Below, piece by piece: positions 41,434-53,640 of a DNA stretch of 64,000 nt. Source of the stretch: Octopus sinensis (lineage: Eukaryota). The stretch's first letter is position 1. Each line of letters begins with the position of its first letter. Location: assembly GCF_006345805.1 (NCBI RefSeq), contig NC_043001.1, positions 3,658,001-3,722,000 of the forward strand. Reading direction: 5' to 3'. Both the position numbers and the translations under genes were made by a program. The notes beneath the pieces were generated by a model. That model was not told the origin of the DNA. It did not search any database and saw only the letters and a list, made by a program, of their open reading frames with translations.

Positions 41434-41508
41434 CACCATACATCTATATATATATGTATAGACATACATTTGCAAATAGATGCATATATATGTATATACA
41501 TCTATATA

Positions 41509-41554
<46 letters not shown>

Positions 41555-41934
41555 GAGAGAGAGAGATACATATTATATATGTATATATATATAGAGAGAG
41601 AGAGAAAGATACATACTTATATATGTATATGTTACATACAAAAATATTTATATACACACAAATACTTATATACATACATACATCCACACGCAGACACACG
41701 CACACACGCATACACTTATATAAACATATTCCGTGTGTGTGTTAAATACATTGCTTGTTGCGTGTTTTTGTTTGTTTGTTTTTTTTACCTGTAGGCGTGG
41801 GTGTGAGATATACAACTACTTTTCACAATAATCTTTCCGTTTCGTATATCAGAAAGTATACAAATTATGTCTTGTTGCTTTCAGCAGCTATTGAACCATC
41901 TTTTAGCAACAACAACAACATTGATAAAAATAAT

Positions 41935-41965
<31 letters not shown>

Positions 41966-42152
41966 TAATAATAATAATAATAAAATAATAATAATAATAA
42001 TTATAATGATAATAATAATAATAATAACAATAACGATAATAATAGTAGTAGTAGTATTAGTAGTAGTAGTAGTAGTATTAATAGTAATAGTAATAATGAT
42101 AGTAATAATAATAATAGTAGTAGTAGTAATAGTAGTAGTAGTAGTAGCAATA

Positions 42153-42208
<56 letters not shown>

Positions 42209-42235
42209 ATAATAATATAATAATAATAATGACAA
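41935..42235. repeat. (AAT)n/(AGT)n compound tract
   Basis: Visible directly in the sequence. Confidence 0.95.
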
Positions 42236-42239
42236 TGGC

Positions 42240-42400
42240 AACAGCAATATATTAGCGAAGGAATTTGGGAAACTCAAATTTTTATTTTTATATTTTTTCA
42301 ACGAAATCGAGAAAATGTGACGTTTGAAGGCCTTTACAATATTAGTGATTGTTGGAGCCCAAGGAATGATCCCGACAGAGACGATGTATGAGAGTTCAAC
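42240..42400 (+). mobile_element. Degraded R4/Dong-like RLE C-terminal fragment
   Basis: NILAKEFGKL..EIEKM*RLKAFTILVIVGAQGMIP parallels EIxRMWxLKxxxIPxIVGALGMI, and it starts next to an AAT tract. Confidence 0.55.
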
Positions 42401-43129
42401 CCGTACCAAATAACCTGCACAACTGATTTGTTTATGGGGATCAAATGTTCGTGCCGCACATTAGCTCAATCTCTCCATCAAATCGATGTTGCTTGAACAG
42501 GTGCGTGGTGTATCACGCATCAGGTGCTAGAGTGATATCAATGTGAGATGAAGTGTTTTGGCTCACGTACACGACGCACCACCTGATCTAGGAATTGAAA
42601 TCAGGATCTCGCGGCGATCGTGAGTGCAGCGCGCTAACCACTGTATGATGTGCAGCTAGCTCAGGAGAGAGGTAAGCAGCAATACTGACGACAAGGAATT
42701 AAGCGAATCGATAACAATATTAAAAGAGAGTTTAAAAAGCCAATGAACGACGATCAAGATAAACCCCTGCCTATGCAGCAGATGGAAAGCAGCTTCAAGT
42801 AAGAGAAACGTCCGTCAAGAAATTCCGTCTGTAGACAAAATCAGCAGAAGATTAACAAAGAGATCATCATTTATAATTTTGTTACCATTTTTCTGAAGAA
42901 AGATGCGATCAGTGAATTTTGAAAACAACAACAGATTTTGTGAAGTAAAATTGCCCTTATAGGCTGGCATTTGAAATTTACATTAAGATGAAATTGTAAT
43001 GGGAGGTTTTAGCTAACGTCACTTTAAACGGAGCAACTAAGGCTGTCTCAGGTGTTTGGTACGAAATGATTTTCGTCGATGTACACAACACACAAACACA
43101 CACACACAAGCGGATATATATATATATAT

Positions 43130-43193
<64 letters not shown>

Positions 43194-43298
43194 ACTTATC
43201 GTTAATGAAATATATTCAATGAGAATCATATACTGAATTTCTAATAAGGGCTCTTGGTAGGGAAATGTCTAAAACATTGAAGGCATCTAGACATCTGA

Positions 43299-43530
43299 AG
43301 GCGGCGAGCTGGCAGAAGCGTTAGCACGCCGGGCGAAATGCTTGGCGTTATTTCGTCTGCCGCTAGGTTGTGAGTTCAAATTCCGCCGAGGTCGACTTTG
43401 CCTTTCATCCTTTCGGGGTCGATTAAATAAGTACCAGTTACACACTGGGGTCGATATAATCGCCTTAATCAGTTTGTCTGTCCTTATTTCTCCTCTTCGT
43501 GTTTAGTCCCTTGTAGGTAGTAAAAAATAG
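43299..43530 (+). mobile_element. SINE family B, full length (tail type ii)
   Basis: aaggcggcgagctggcagaagcgttagc (A-box region), gagttcaaattcc (B box), gcctttcatcctttcggggtcgattaaataagtaccag, and tail gtttagtcccttgtaggtagtaaaaaatagg. Confidence 0.9.
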
Positions 43531-43949
43531 GTATTTAGACATCTGTGGTAAAATCCTCTGTGGTAATCCATAATGGATGTGTGTATATATAAACCCCATA
43601 ATTCTGTTCTCTTCAATGTGTGATCCATAAATGCAGAAAATAAAATTAAAATATATATATGTATGCATATATGTATGCACGAATATTATATGTATTTAGA
43701 CAGCTTAAATCAGAACTTAATTTAAGCATTATATATATGTACACACACACACACACATACACACACACATATATATATATATATATAAGACAGGTGGTGT
43801 ACAAAACAAACAGATGTATTAGTATAACGTTCAGGAATAGAAAAAGTCTTTTACGTTATGAGCCTACGCTCTCCTACAGAGAGGGACACAGAAAAAACAA
43901 GGAGAGAAATATATGAGTGTGTGTATATGATAGATTGCTAACCACTAAA

Positions 43950-44045
43950 CTTTTTATTTTCTCTCCCTGCTTATTTTTCTGTGTTCCTTTCTGTGGAAGA
44001 GCGTAAGCTCGAAACGTAAAAGACTTTCTCACTTCCCGAGCAAAT
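43950..44045 (+). mobile_element. Penelope-like pLTR remnant
   Basis: cttt-ctgtgga-agagc-gtaa-gctc-gaaa-cgta-aaag is a hammerhead-shaped motif. Confidence 0.5.
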
Positions 44046-44141
44046 GCATACATGCACATGTCTACGAGTGTGTATGTAAGTGTGTGTGTGTGTCCAAACA
44101 CACACACACAGAGTCTTTTCATACGGACATAGACCATATGA

Positions 44142-44551
44142 GTGGAAATACATAGGCCCATCGGTTAGGGCAGCGGCCTCGCGGTCGTAGGATCGCGGTT
44201 TCGAGTGTTTATTCAAGTGTTCTAAGTGTTTCTTGAGTGAAAACACTTAACTCTCAACGAGGCCCCGGCAGTGGGTGGTGGCGAATGCTGCTGTACTCTT
44301 TCACCACAACTTTCTCTCACTCTTTCTTCCTGTTTCTGTTGTACCTGCATTTCAAAGGGCCAGCCTTGTCACACTTTGTGTCACGCTGAGTATTCCCGAG
44401 AACTAGATTATGGGTACACCTGTCTGTGGAGTGCTCAGCCACTTGCACGTTAATTTCACGAGCAGGCTGTTCCATTGACCGGATCAACTGGAACCCACGC
44501 CGTCGGTTACGAAGACGTGGGTTCCACGTCTTCGTAACCGACGGCGTGCCA
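44142..44551 (+). mobile_element. SINE family C with a local inverted duplication at its 3' end
   Basis: Matches 23236-23592 in the opposite orientation and has an extra 29-nt inverted copy at 44497-44525. Confidence 0.85.
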
Positions 44552-44860
44552 CGTTGACCATAATAATGAGTAAAAACTTAATGCCCTCTACACACGCTCA
44601 CCCCCATAGCTGCAGACACACATTCACGCACATCTCCAGAAGAAGAAATACAATAATAAATACGATAACGAACGTCAAGACTCCCACTTCTTGGACCAGA
44701 AGCAATGTCACTGATGAGGTCAGGAACTGGATGACACAACAAGTGATTGATTGATCAAACGATTTAGCAAACTATCTAGTAGTTAATTGCTTAATTAATT
44801 AAACTAGTTGACGCTTTTCCACTCCCTCCCTCTCTCTATGTATATATATATCTATATATC

Positions 44861-44898
<38 letters not shown>

Positions 44899-44964
44899 AT
44901 ATACATATATATATATATATATGATATAATATATATATATATATATATACATATATATTCATAT

Positions 44965-45001
<37 letters not shown>

Positions 45002-45448
45002 TATATATATACATTATATATACATATATAAATTACTAGACGGAGTAGTTTTTCCTGTTGATCTTATCTTAATGAAACAGCAAACGGTGTGTGTGTGTGT
45101 GTGTGTCTAAAGCTGTGTAACTTACTGATTACGTTGTTGCACCTACGATCACTAGATTGTGGTTTCGCTTCTCGGCCCAAGCGGTTCACTGTGTTCTTGA
45201 GCAGAACACTTTACTTCAGGCTGCTCCAGTCCACGCAGCTGAAAATCGGTCACCCTGTGATGGACTAGCTTCCGGTCCGGGGAGAACATAGGCCTGATTT
45301 CCTCGCCAGGAGACTGGCATCATTTTGAAAACAAAAGGATACCATGTGCATTGTCACCAGTGCCATAGAACAACATTTAATAGTCTAGTTGAGTATGTGA
45401 TATATATATATATATTATATATATAATATATATATATATATTATATAT

Positions 45449-45482
<34 letters not shown>

Positions 45483-45577
45483 GATATATATATATACATA
45501 CATATATATATATACATACATATATATATATATATACATATATAATACATACATAAATACATATTTATATCTGTGTG

Positions 45578-45611
<34 letters not shown>

Positions 45612-45661
45612 TATATATATACACACACACATATGTATTTATCTTATACTTTTCTAAGGTA

Positions 45662-45895
45662 TATGCAGGGTAATTGAAAAGTAACTCCCTATTTTAGAAT
45701 ACTTACAATTTATTTATTCAGAAATATTAAAGTTCTAAATACCTCATAGAGATATGTACGGTGGTGGAGCGATATAGTGGTTGTATACTGTCAACATAAC
45801 GTGACCGTAAGACTTCCAGATGAAATGAATTGATGCGTGTTTACAGGTGGCTTGAGAAACTGGTGGCGAATGTTGAAGTCTATATCGAATTTTAA
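45662..45895 (+). mobile_element. Possible Tc1/mariner-derived remnant
   Basis: Starts with the TIR-like (ta)tgcagggtaattgaaaagtaactccc and later reads RLEKLVANVEVYIEF*, resembling a mariner/Tc1 C-terminus. Confidence 0.35.
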
Positions 45896-46919
45896 ACAAA
45901 ACTCCATGCGATACGCTTTAGTTTCATATTCATTTTTTTCTACGAATTATAGATAATAAATAAATTATAGTGGTTGTATACTGTCAACTTAATGTGACAG
46001 TAAAGGAATTATACCACTGCTGTTTAGCCCTAGGAAGCATCGACGCTTCCTGTCGGCGTCGACACATTTCCTGTGTCCTTATATATTTACGAAGGGGAGA
46101 CAATAGGGGTATTTGTCTCCCCTTCGTAAATATATAAGGACACTGGATTTAAATTAGAGTTATGTCTTTTAATACAAACTCTGAAATTATATCAGCCCAT
46201 GTGCGGCTTTGTAACTTCTGCCACTTAAAATTAAAAACAAAAATACATATTATACTTACATTTTGAGTTCTTTTTTCCACTTTGTATTATCAAATCTATA
46301 TTTGTATTCCTATATTTATACGTATATATATATATATATTCACATGTATATAATCACATACGTATATATGCTTTGCCATCTCTTTTCTTCCCTCTCTATG
46401 TCTGACAGCTTAATTTTCTTGTCATTACTGTTTCGGTCGACATCCCATCTTCAGCCTCTCCACTTGTGTTTCCTCGAATCCCACAAACTCCCAGTTCCAT
46501 ATGGAACTTAACCCCTACCGCCTCTCACACACCAAGCATGACATCCCCTTTGTTATATAAAAGGACCGAAGTTAGAACTCATATGGTTTCTGTGAACCCC
46601 CGGCGAAGATAGAAGACAAATACTGGAGGTGCTGGGAGATGGAAGGAAGCCTGAAATCATTTAATTGCAATATAAATTTCTGAATGAAACCATAAAACCA
46701 CACACAGATCCTCCGCAATTGTAGGTAACACCAGAAATGGACGAGGAAAACAATAAAATGATGAAGGTAAGGAAGATAAAAAAATAAGGACCAATGAATG
46801 GGAATAATATAGACATTGTGATGCTAAAAAAACAATGAGTTGATTGACGTGATACGGTCATCCATGAAGGGGGAACTAAGGAATTTTAGTTTTGCTGCTA
46901 AAATTAACAAATGAGTATG

Positions 46920-47477
46920 TCCTATGATGATAACGATAATGATGATGAGGATAAATGATGATGGTGATGGCGATGGTGATGGTGATGATGATGATAATGA
47001 TGATGATGATAAAAACAATAAAGATAATAATAATGGTAATCATGATGATAAGGATAACAACAACAACAACATTAATGATATATGCAAAATAGTAATAATT
47101 AAAATATTGTGAATAATTAGATTATTATTTAATAGTAAAATAGTAAAAATAATAATAATAACGATGGAGACGACGACGATGATATTAATCATAACGAGAA
47201 GAAGAAGAAGAAGAAGAAAAGAAGAAGAAGAAGAAGAAGAAGAAGACAGACGAAGAAGAAGAAGAAGAAGAAGAAAGAAGCATTTGAAGAGAGAAGACGG
47301 AAGGAAGAGAGAAAGACAGAAGAAGGAAGTATTTAAGATGGCGTTTTAATTGTTCTAAGTATAATACATATAATTAGTTATCCCTTAAGAAGAACAAAAT
47401 AGGTTTCGATGAAAGATATGGACGACAATGGAAAACAAAACCAAATAATAATAATAATAATATAACAGGACAAGCTC

Positions 47478-47511
<34 letters not shown>

Positions 47512-48023
47512 TCATCGCTATTATCGTTATTATCATCAATGATACAATGATCACCATCATTATGGCATCTTTAATGATCACCATGAGGAAAATCAATATT
47601 ATTGTGCTATCTTGACACTACAAACACCAATGGCATCTCCCACGTCCACCTCTTCCTCCTCATCCACTCCATCTTTACCATCATCTTCATCATCATCATC
47701 ATCGTCACCATCGCCCACACCGTCAATAAGCATTCACGTTGCTGCTATTGTTTGTATGTATGGGTTCCCATAGTCACCTGTATCGAGAGCTGCCAAGTAG
47801 AATTGTCTTCATCACTGCTGTCCTTATTGTCATTGCTATCATTGCCGTTGTCTTGGTCGCCGACGTCTTCATCACCACCACCACCACCATCCTCCTCCTC
47901 ATCATCATCATCACCACCACCACCACCATCACCATCCTCCTCCTCCTCCTCCTCCTCCTCATCATCATCATCATCACCACCACCACCACCATCACCATCC
48001 TCCCCCCTCCTCCTCCTCCTCAT

Positions 48024-48055
<32 letters not shown>

Positions 48056-49020
48056 TCATCAATGCCAGTAGTGGCAGCAGCAGCAGTAGTTGTAGCTGTG
48101 TCCCTGTTTAGAAAATATTATTAATCTTTTGTATTTTTATGTTTGTAGATTTTAAACTATGTACAGCACAACCAACATCCTGTTACGGTTGTCATTTGGT
48201 ATACTGGCCCTACCACCACCACTACCGACACCACCACCACCACCACCAACAACAAAAACACCACCACCACCAACACCACCACCACCACCAACAACAACAA
48301 CACCACTAACACCATCACCACCACAACCATCATTACAAATCCTTCCAGGTTTGTTGCAACCGTTTCACCATCACCATCGCCATCATCATTACTCTCACCA
48401 CTTCCATCACCGTCAACATCGAAATCACCATCATCATCACCACCATCATCACCCCATTATTATCACCATCATCTCCCTCATTCTCCCCTCCTTGCCCTCT
48501 TTCTCCTCCTCCTCCTCCTTCACCACCACCTCCGCATCATCACCACCACCAATATTACCACATCATAATCATTATCATCTACATCATAATCATCTTCATC
48601 TTACTCATCACCATCATCGTCAACTTCATCATCTCCCTCATTCTCCCCTCCTTGTTCTCCTGCTCCTTCTCCTCCTCTTCTTCCCCCACCGCCTCTTCAT
48701 CATCATCACCACTACCACAACTATCACCACATCCTAATCATCAACATCTTCATTATCATCATCTATCTCCCCCCGCCCATTCTCTTCCCCATCATCATTC
48801 TCACCTTCGTTATCATCATCATCATCATCATCACATCATCATCATCATCATCTTCATCCTCATCATTCTCTTCCTCAGCATTGTCATACTCCTTCCACTC
48901 CTCCACCTCCTCCTCCTCATCATCATCATAACTCCCGCAACCACCACCACCACCACCACCATCATAGTTCTATTATCCTCTTCTCCTAACCTTCTCCTCC
49001 ACCCAACCCCCCATTGCTGA
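46920..49020. repeat. ~2-kb mosaic of (GAT)/(GAA)/(CAT)/(CAC)/(CCT)/(CAG) trinucleotide repeats
   Basis: Visible directly; it yields stop-poor poly-H/P/S/D ORFs on both strands. Confidence 0.9.
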
Positions 49021-49559
49021 TGTTGTTAGTATAAAAGAAGACGAACACCTACATCCGACCATCGATATTGATTGTGAGTCATCTGATCTACGAGACACAG
49101 AGTTCACCGTGTTCACATTTGAATATCTCTTTATTGAAAAAGTTTCCATTTTAAACTTATTTTGCAAAGATTTACACGCATATTCGTGGCACTCCGTCGG
49201 TTACGACGACGAGGCTTCTAGTTGATCCGACCAACGGAACAGCCTGCTCGTGAAATTATTACAAAATCCAGACCCTTTTTGAACGCGTCTACAACAAACG
49301 ACATATCGACCACGGCCTCAGAATAACACAAACACACACGCAAATATTAAAAATGATACACTCAAGAGATTCCGAGGTATCCATTAGAAAACACTCCCAA
49401 TCACTGCTATAATCCATAACGATTCAATTTTAGATCACTTGACCATTTAACACCTTACAACTATCATACTACCTACATTCCTTCTCATTCGCCCTTCTCT
49501 TTCTTCTTCTTCATTTTCTTCCCCTACGCCACTCCTTCCTAACTTTACCACTATTGTGT

Positions 49560-49660
49560 NNNNNNNNNNNNNNNNNNNNNNNNNNNNNNNNNNNNNNNNN
49601 NNNNNNNNNNNNNNNNNNNNNNNNNNNNNNNNNNNNNNNNNNNNNNNNNNNNNNNNNNNC
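49560..49660. other. Assembly gap (101 N)
   Basis: Run of N between short TG-type sequences. Confidence 1.
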
Positions 49661-50190
49661 ATGTGCTTGTGTGTGCATATATACATATATATTTATATAT
49701 ATATATATATTTGTATGCCTATATTTTTACACATGTATATATATGTATTTATACACACACACACGCATATATATATATATGAAGTTCGTGCCCTCTACGG
49801 ATAATAACAGGTAATTGGAACCGTACCGGGGCTTTACTCATCATCCACTTATACATTTTGTATAATTTCTCCATTATATGTATATATATATATATATATT
49901 ATATATATATAATATATATATATATATACGCACACTCAAACACACAGCTTACAAAAGATATATTAATAGTCTCATGCTTTAGAGATACAATAAATTGTAT
50001 GATTTATATAACAGTCATTGTATCGCCAGGCAATCTCTCATGTTCAGTACATATCTTTATATCGTGAGATGTGTTTAAAACTCTGCAACTTTGAATTTAG
50101 AATTCTTAAGTACATTAACTGTTATGTATCGCCCATTTGATGGATTACATTTTTTATTCGTTAAAGTTTTATTCATCAAAGTTCATTAAA

Positions 50191-50943
50191 ATGACAGCTC
50201 TATCGGACTTTCGAAGTGATGAAATTGTTGGCGCTCGTATGGCAGGTGCTAGCGTAACGAAAACAGCCTAAATGTTTGGTGTATCAAGAAGTACTGTCTC
50301 GAAAGTAATGACAGCCTTCGAGAAAGTGGGAAAAACCTCCTCATTGAAACAAAACGCTGGGAGGAAACCAAAACTTTCAGCACCGTCGGACTCTTACGCG
50401 AATTGTTAGAAAGGATCACAAAAATGCAAAATTACTATAGAGCTTAATGACCATCTCGAGAACCCAGTTTCCACAAAAACGGTTCTCCGGGAGCTGCACA
50501 AATTCGGATTTCATGGGAGGGCTACAATTAGAAAATTACTAATTTCAAAATAAACGTTGCAAAACATCTAGAGTTGGGTAGAAACCTACAGTAGTGGTCC
50601 CTAGAGCAGTGGAAGAATTTTATTTTCTCGGACGTGACATCCTTTACCTTTTTTCCACCCACCGGCTGAGGGTGCGTGTGAAGAGTGCGAAAAGAAGTAT
50701 TTGACCCAGACCGCCTTTTTCCAAATGTTAAACATGTAGGAGGATTTGTGCTGATCTGGGGAGCTGCATCTTGGAACTTCTCAGGCCAAATGGTTTTTCT
50801 ACATGGCAGAATTAAATAGTCAAGACTATTTAAACATTTCATTTGATCAAATTCATCCTATGGTTGCGGAGCTATTTCGTAGGGAATCGCAAATATCCAT
50901 CATGTTAATACATCAATTCACAGAGCTAAAATTGTTGTTGAAG
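50191..50943 (+). pseudogene. Tc1-family transposase, decayed and 3'-truncated
   Basis: MTALSDFRSDEIVGARMAGASVTKTA*MFGVSRSTVSKVM..GRKPKLS (HTH/GRxR), WSLEQWKNFIFSDVTSF (first D), KHVGGFVLIWGA and HHVNTSIHRAKIV (decayed QDDNAPIH). Confidence 0.85.
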
Positions 50944-51230
50944 GCCCCTGGTGGTGGTTTTACACACCATACTAATCATATCTGTGAGGCATGTGGAAGA
51001 GAGTGTAATTCGGCAGGAGGACTTAAACGACATGCAAAGGTACATGAAGCCCACTTACAACTACAGCCGGCTATTACCGGTAATGGTTTTAGTTGCCAAT
51101 TTTGTACAAGACATTGTAGATCTTTAGCTGGGCTAAAAAGTCACATTCGATCACAGCACCAGTAACAGTTAGGCTTCTTCGTGCAATGGCCATACTCGAT
51201 AACGAGGGGGCAGCCTTAATGATAATGTAT
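50944..51230 (+). mobile_element. 5'-truncated RTE-like LINE end encoding two intact C2H2 fingers
   Basis: CEACGRECNSAGGLKRHAKVH and CQFCTRHCRSLAGLKSHIRSQH*. The CxxCxRxCxSxxGLxxH spacing is typical of RTE ORF2 ends, there is no TGEKP linker, and a short UTR (tggccatactcgataacgag) follows. Confidence 0.65.
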
Positions 51231-52189
51231 GTATGAATATATCTATGTAAGTACGCATGTATGTATATATATAAGAGATTTTCTAATGATTGTCACCAAT
51301 GAATGTGGTGCACCATTACGGTATATATATATATACATTCTGTCTGTGGGTGTGTATGTGTACATAGTTTTATCGATTTTTATGAAGCTTGACGTGTGAG
51401 TAGAACTCATGTCTGGGAACCTCATGGTATACTCAGATTGTTTAAAACATCGATAATAGAGCCCCTTGAACGTATCCTTATATATATATCGAAGGGAAAT
51501 AACCCATTCATTTTCCTAGATTATTTGGTAAAAATGAAATTGAGTATGCTTGTTTCTTAGTATTTGCACTGTTAGTTATTTTCACATTTTATCCTGTAGA
51601 ACCCTTAAACAAGTAAATAGTATTTTCCTAAACAATAGAACCACTTATTTCGGTGAGTGACTTTTTCACGAATATACCAACACTAGCGCCGCTGAGGGTA
51701 ATATTCTCTGGAAACGCACAAAAGCCCTTTTCAGAGTTATTTACTTTGAATTGTTATCTCATATCTGATTAGCCTGCTATTACGTAACATGCTTCACGAT
51801 TTTAGTATACATACCTTATTAGTATATCCTCCTAATTTCTATATACTCCGGGAATGCTTTAAAGCTCTATTTGGTGCTACTTTATTTGAACTCTTACTAT
51901 CAGGTAACTAATTTCATGTTATTACATAAATGACTTCACAATTCGGGTATTCATAACTTTTTGAGAATTCCTAATAACAAGATCCTGTGTAAGGCAATTG
52001 AGTATTCTCAGTAAATGCACAAAAACCGTTTTAAGGGCTACATACTTTGTATCATTGTTATTGGATTAGTGAAACAATTACGAGAACGGAACAAAGGGAT
52101 AATCGCCGCTTTCCTGGGAATTACGGGTATGTCAGCTAGTATATATAAACATATATGTATATGTATGTGTGTGTGTATATATATGTACA

Positions 52190-52430
52190 TCATCGTCATC
52201 ATCATCATCATTTAACATTCGTTCTCCATACCGGCATGGGTTGGACAGCTTCACCTGGGCTGGTAAGCTGGAAGGCTGCACCAAACTCCAGTTTTATTTG
52301 CATTGGTTTCTACAGCTGGATGCCCTTCCTTACGCTAACCACTCCGAGAGTGTAATGCATGCTTTTATGTGCGACAGGCATGGGTGCCATTTGAATGACA
52401 CCAGTATCTACCACGACTGCGCTTATACTT
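52190..52430 (-). mobile_element. RTE-tailed repeat with (GAT)n tail
   Basis: The minus strand has ggttagcgtaaggaagggcatccagctgtagaaacc..ccaacccatgccggtatggag..aaatgatgatg; same family as 55880-56357. Confidence 0.75.
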
Positions 52431-52439
52431 GCCTTGACG

Positions 52440-52681
<242 letters not shown>

Positions 52682-53319
52682 TATGGTGTTCTTGCCATTT
52701 CTGTCTAGCAAATCAACAACAAGGTTTTGTTGGCCTGATGTTGCAGCAGAAGTCACTTGGCCAAGGTGACATGCTCTGGAATCGAAAACAGAAGCATGTG
52801 GCTAGAAAATTCACTTCTTACCACACAGCCATTCTTGTGCCCTTGGATTATGATAATGTCGTCGTTAAGTGATGAGGGTGTGAGTGGGAGTGGCTCTGTG
52901 GACGCGGCTAAACAAGATTACTTTTATGTAGGCTGTAGGAGGGAGGAAGAACTGTCGGCTGTAGCAAGAACTGGGGTTAGGTACAACCCTTTTGATTGTT
53001 GAAGTGATCCAGGTAATTTTTAAGGGTGCATCACAAGCCCTTGTGTGGCTGATCTTTCCCTCGTTTATTTTGTGGTGGTGGGTGTGACAGCAGTGCTTCT
53101 TTTGTTAGTTTTTTTATATTGTTATTAAAATTTCTTATTATCTCTTTTTAAATGTCCCTTTATTGTTATCGTTTATCTCGGCCCCTTTTTTTTACTTCAT
53201 GTAAGCCCCGGTTCCTACCATCCCCGTTCCATCGCTCTTTGTTGTGTTCTGTTTCATCTTTGTCATTTTCATGGCCACAGTGTTTTAAGCCCTTGTGGCC
53301 AATAAGAAGAAATCTCCAT

Positions 53320-53640
53320 CATCACCATCATCCTCATCATCATCATCATCAACATAATCATCGTCATCGTCGTCATCATCATCAATGCCATGGTTAAAAC
53401 TGTCGGCAGCAACAGCAGCAGCAACAGCGTGGGTTCTTTATCTTATTGGTGGTGGTGATGAATGCTGTCATCATCATCATCATCATCGTCATCATCATCA
53501 TCATCGTCATCATCATCATCATCATCAAATTCATTGTCATTCTTATGGACAGCATTATCATCATCATCATCGCCAACACCGCCACCACCACCACCACGAC
53601 TATCTTCATCATGATCATAAACATCATCATTGTCATGCTT
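53320..53640. repeat. (CAT)n-rich tract
   Basis: Visible directly in the sequence. Confidence 0.9.

Noticed and set aside
46550-46790. TATAAAAG box and an AAG|GTAAGG donor suggesting a promoter or small exon
   Set aside because: Such motifs are expected by chance in AT-rich DNA, the acceptor is weak and no product is recognisable.
49500-49720. ORFs or adjacency spanning the N run
   Set aside because: The ~100-N run is likely a placeholder, so the true distance and frame are unknown.
50983-51165. Host Kruppel-type C2H2 zinc-finger gene
   Set aside because: There are only two fingers with no TGEKP linker, they have RTE-type CxxCxRxCxSxxGL spacing and a LINE-like UTR, and they sit inside a Tc1 remnant.
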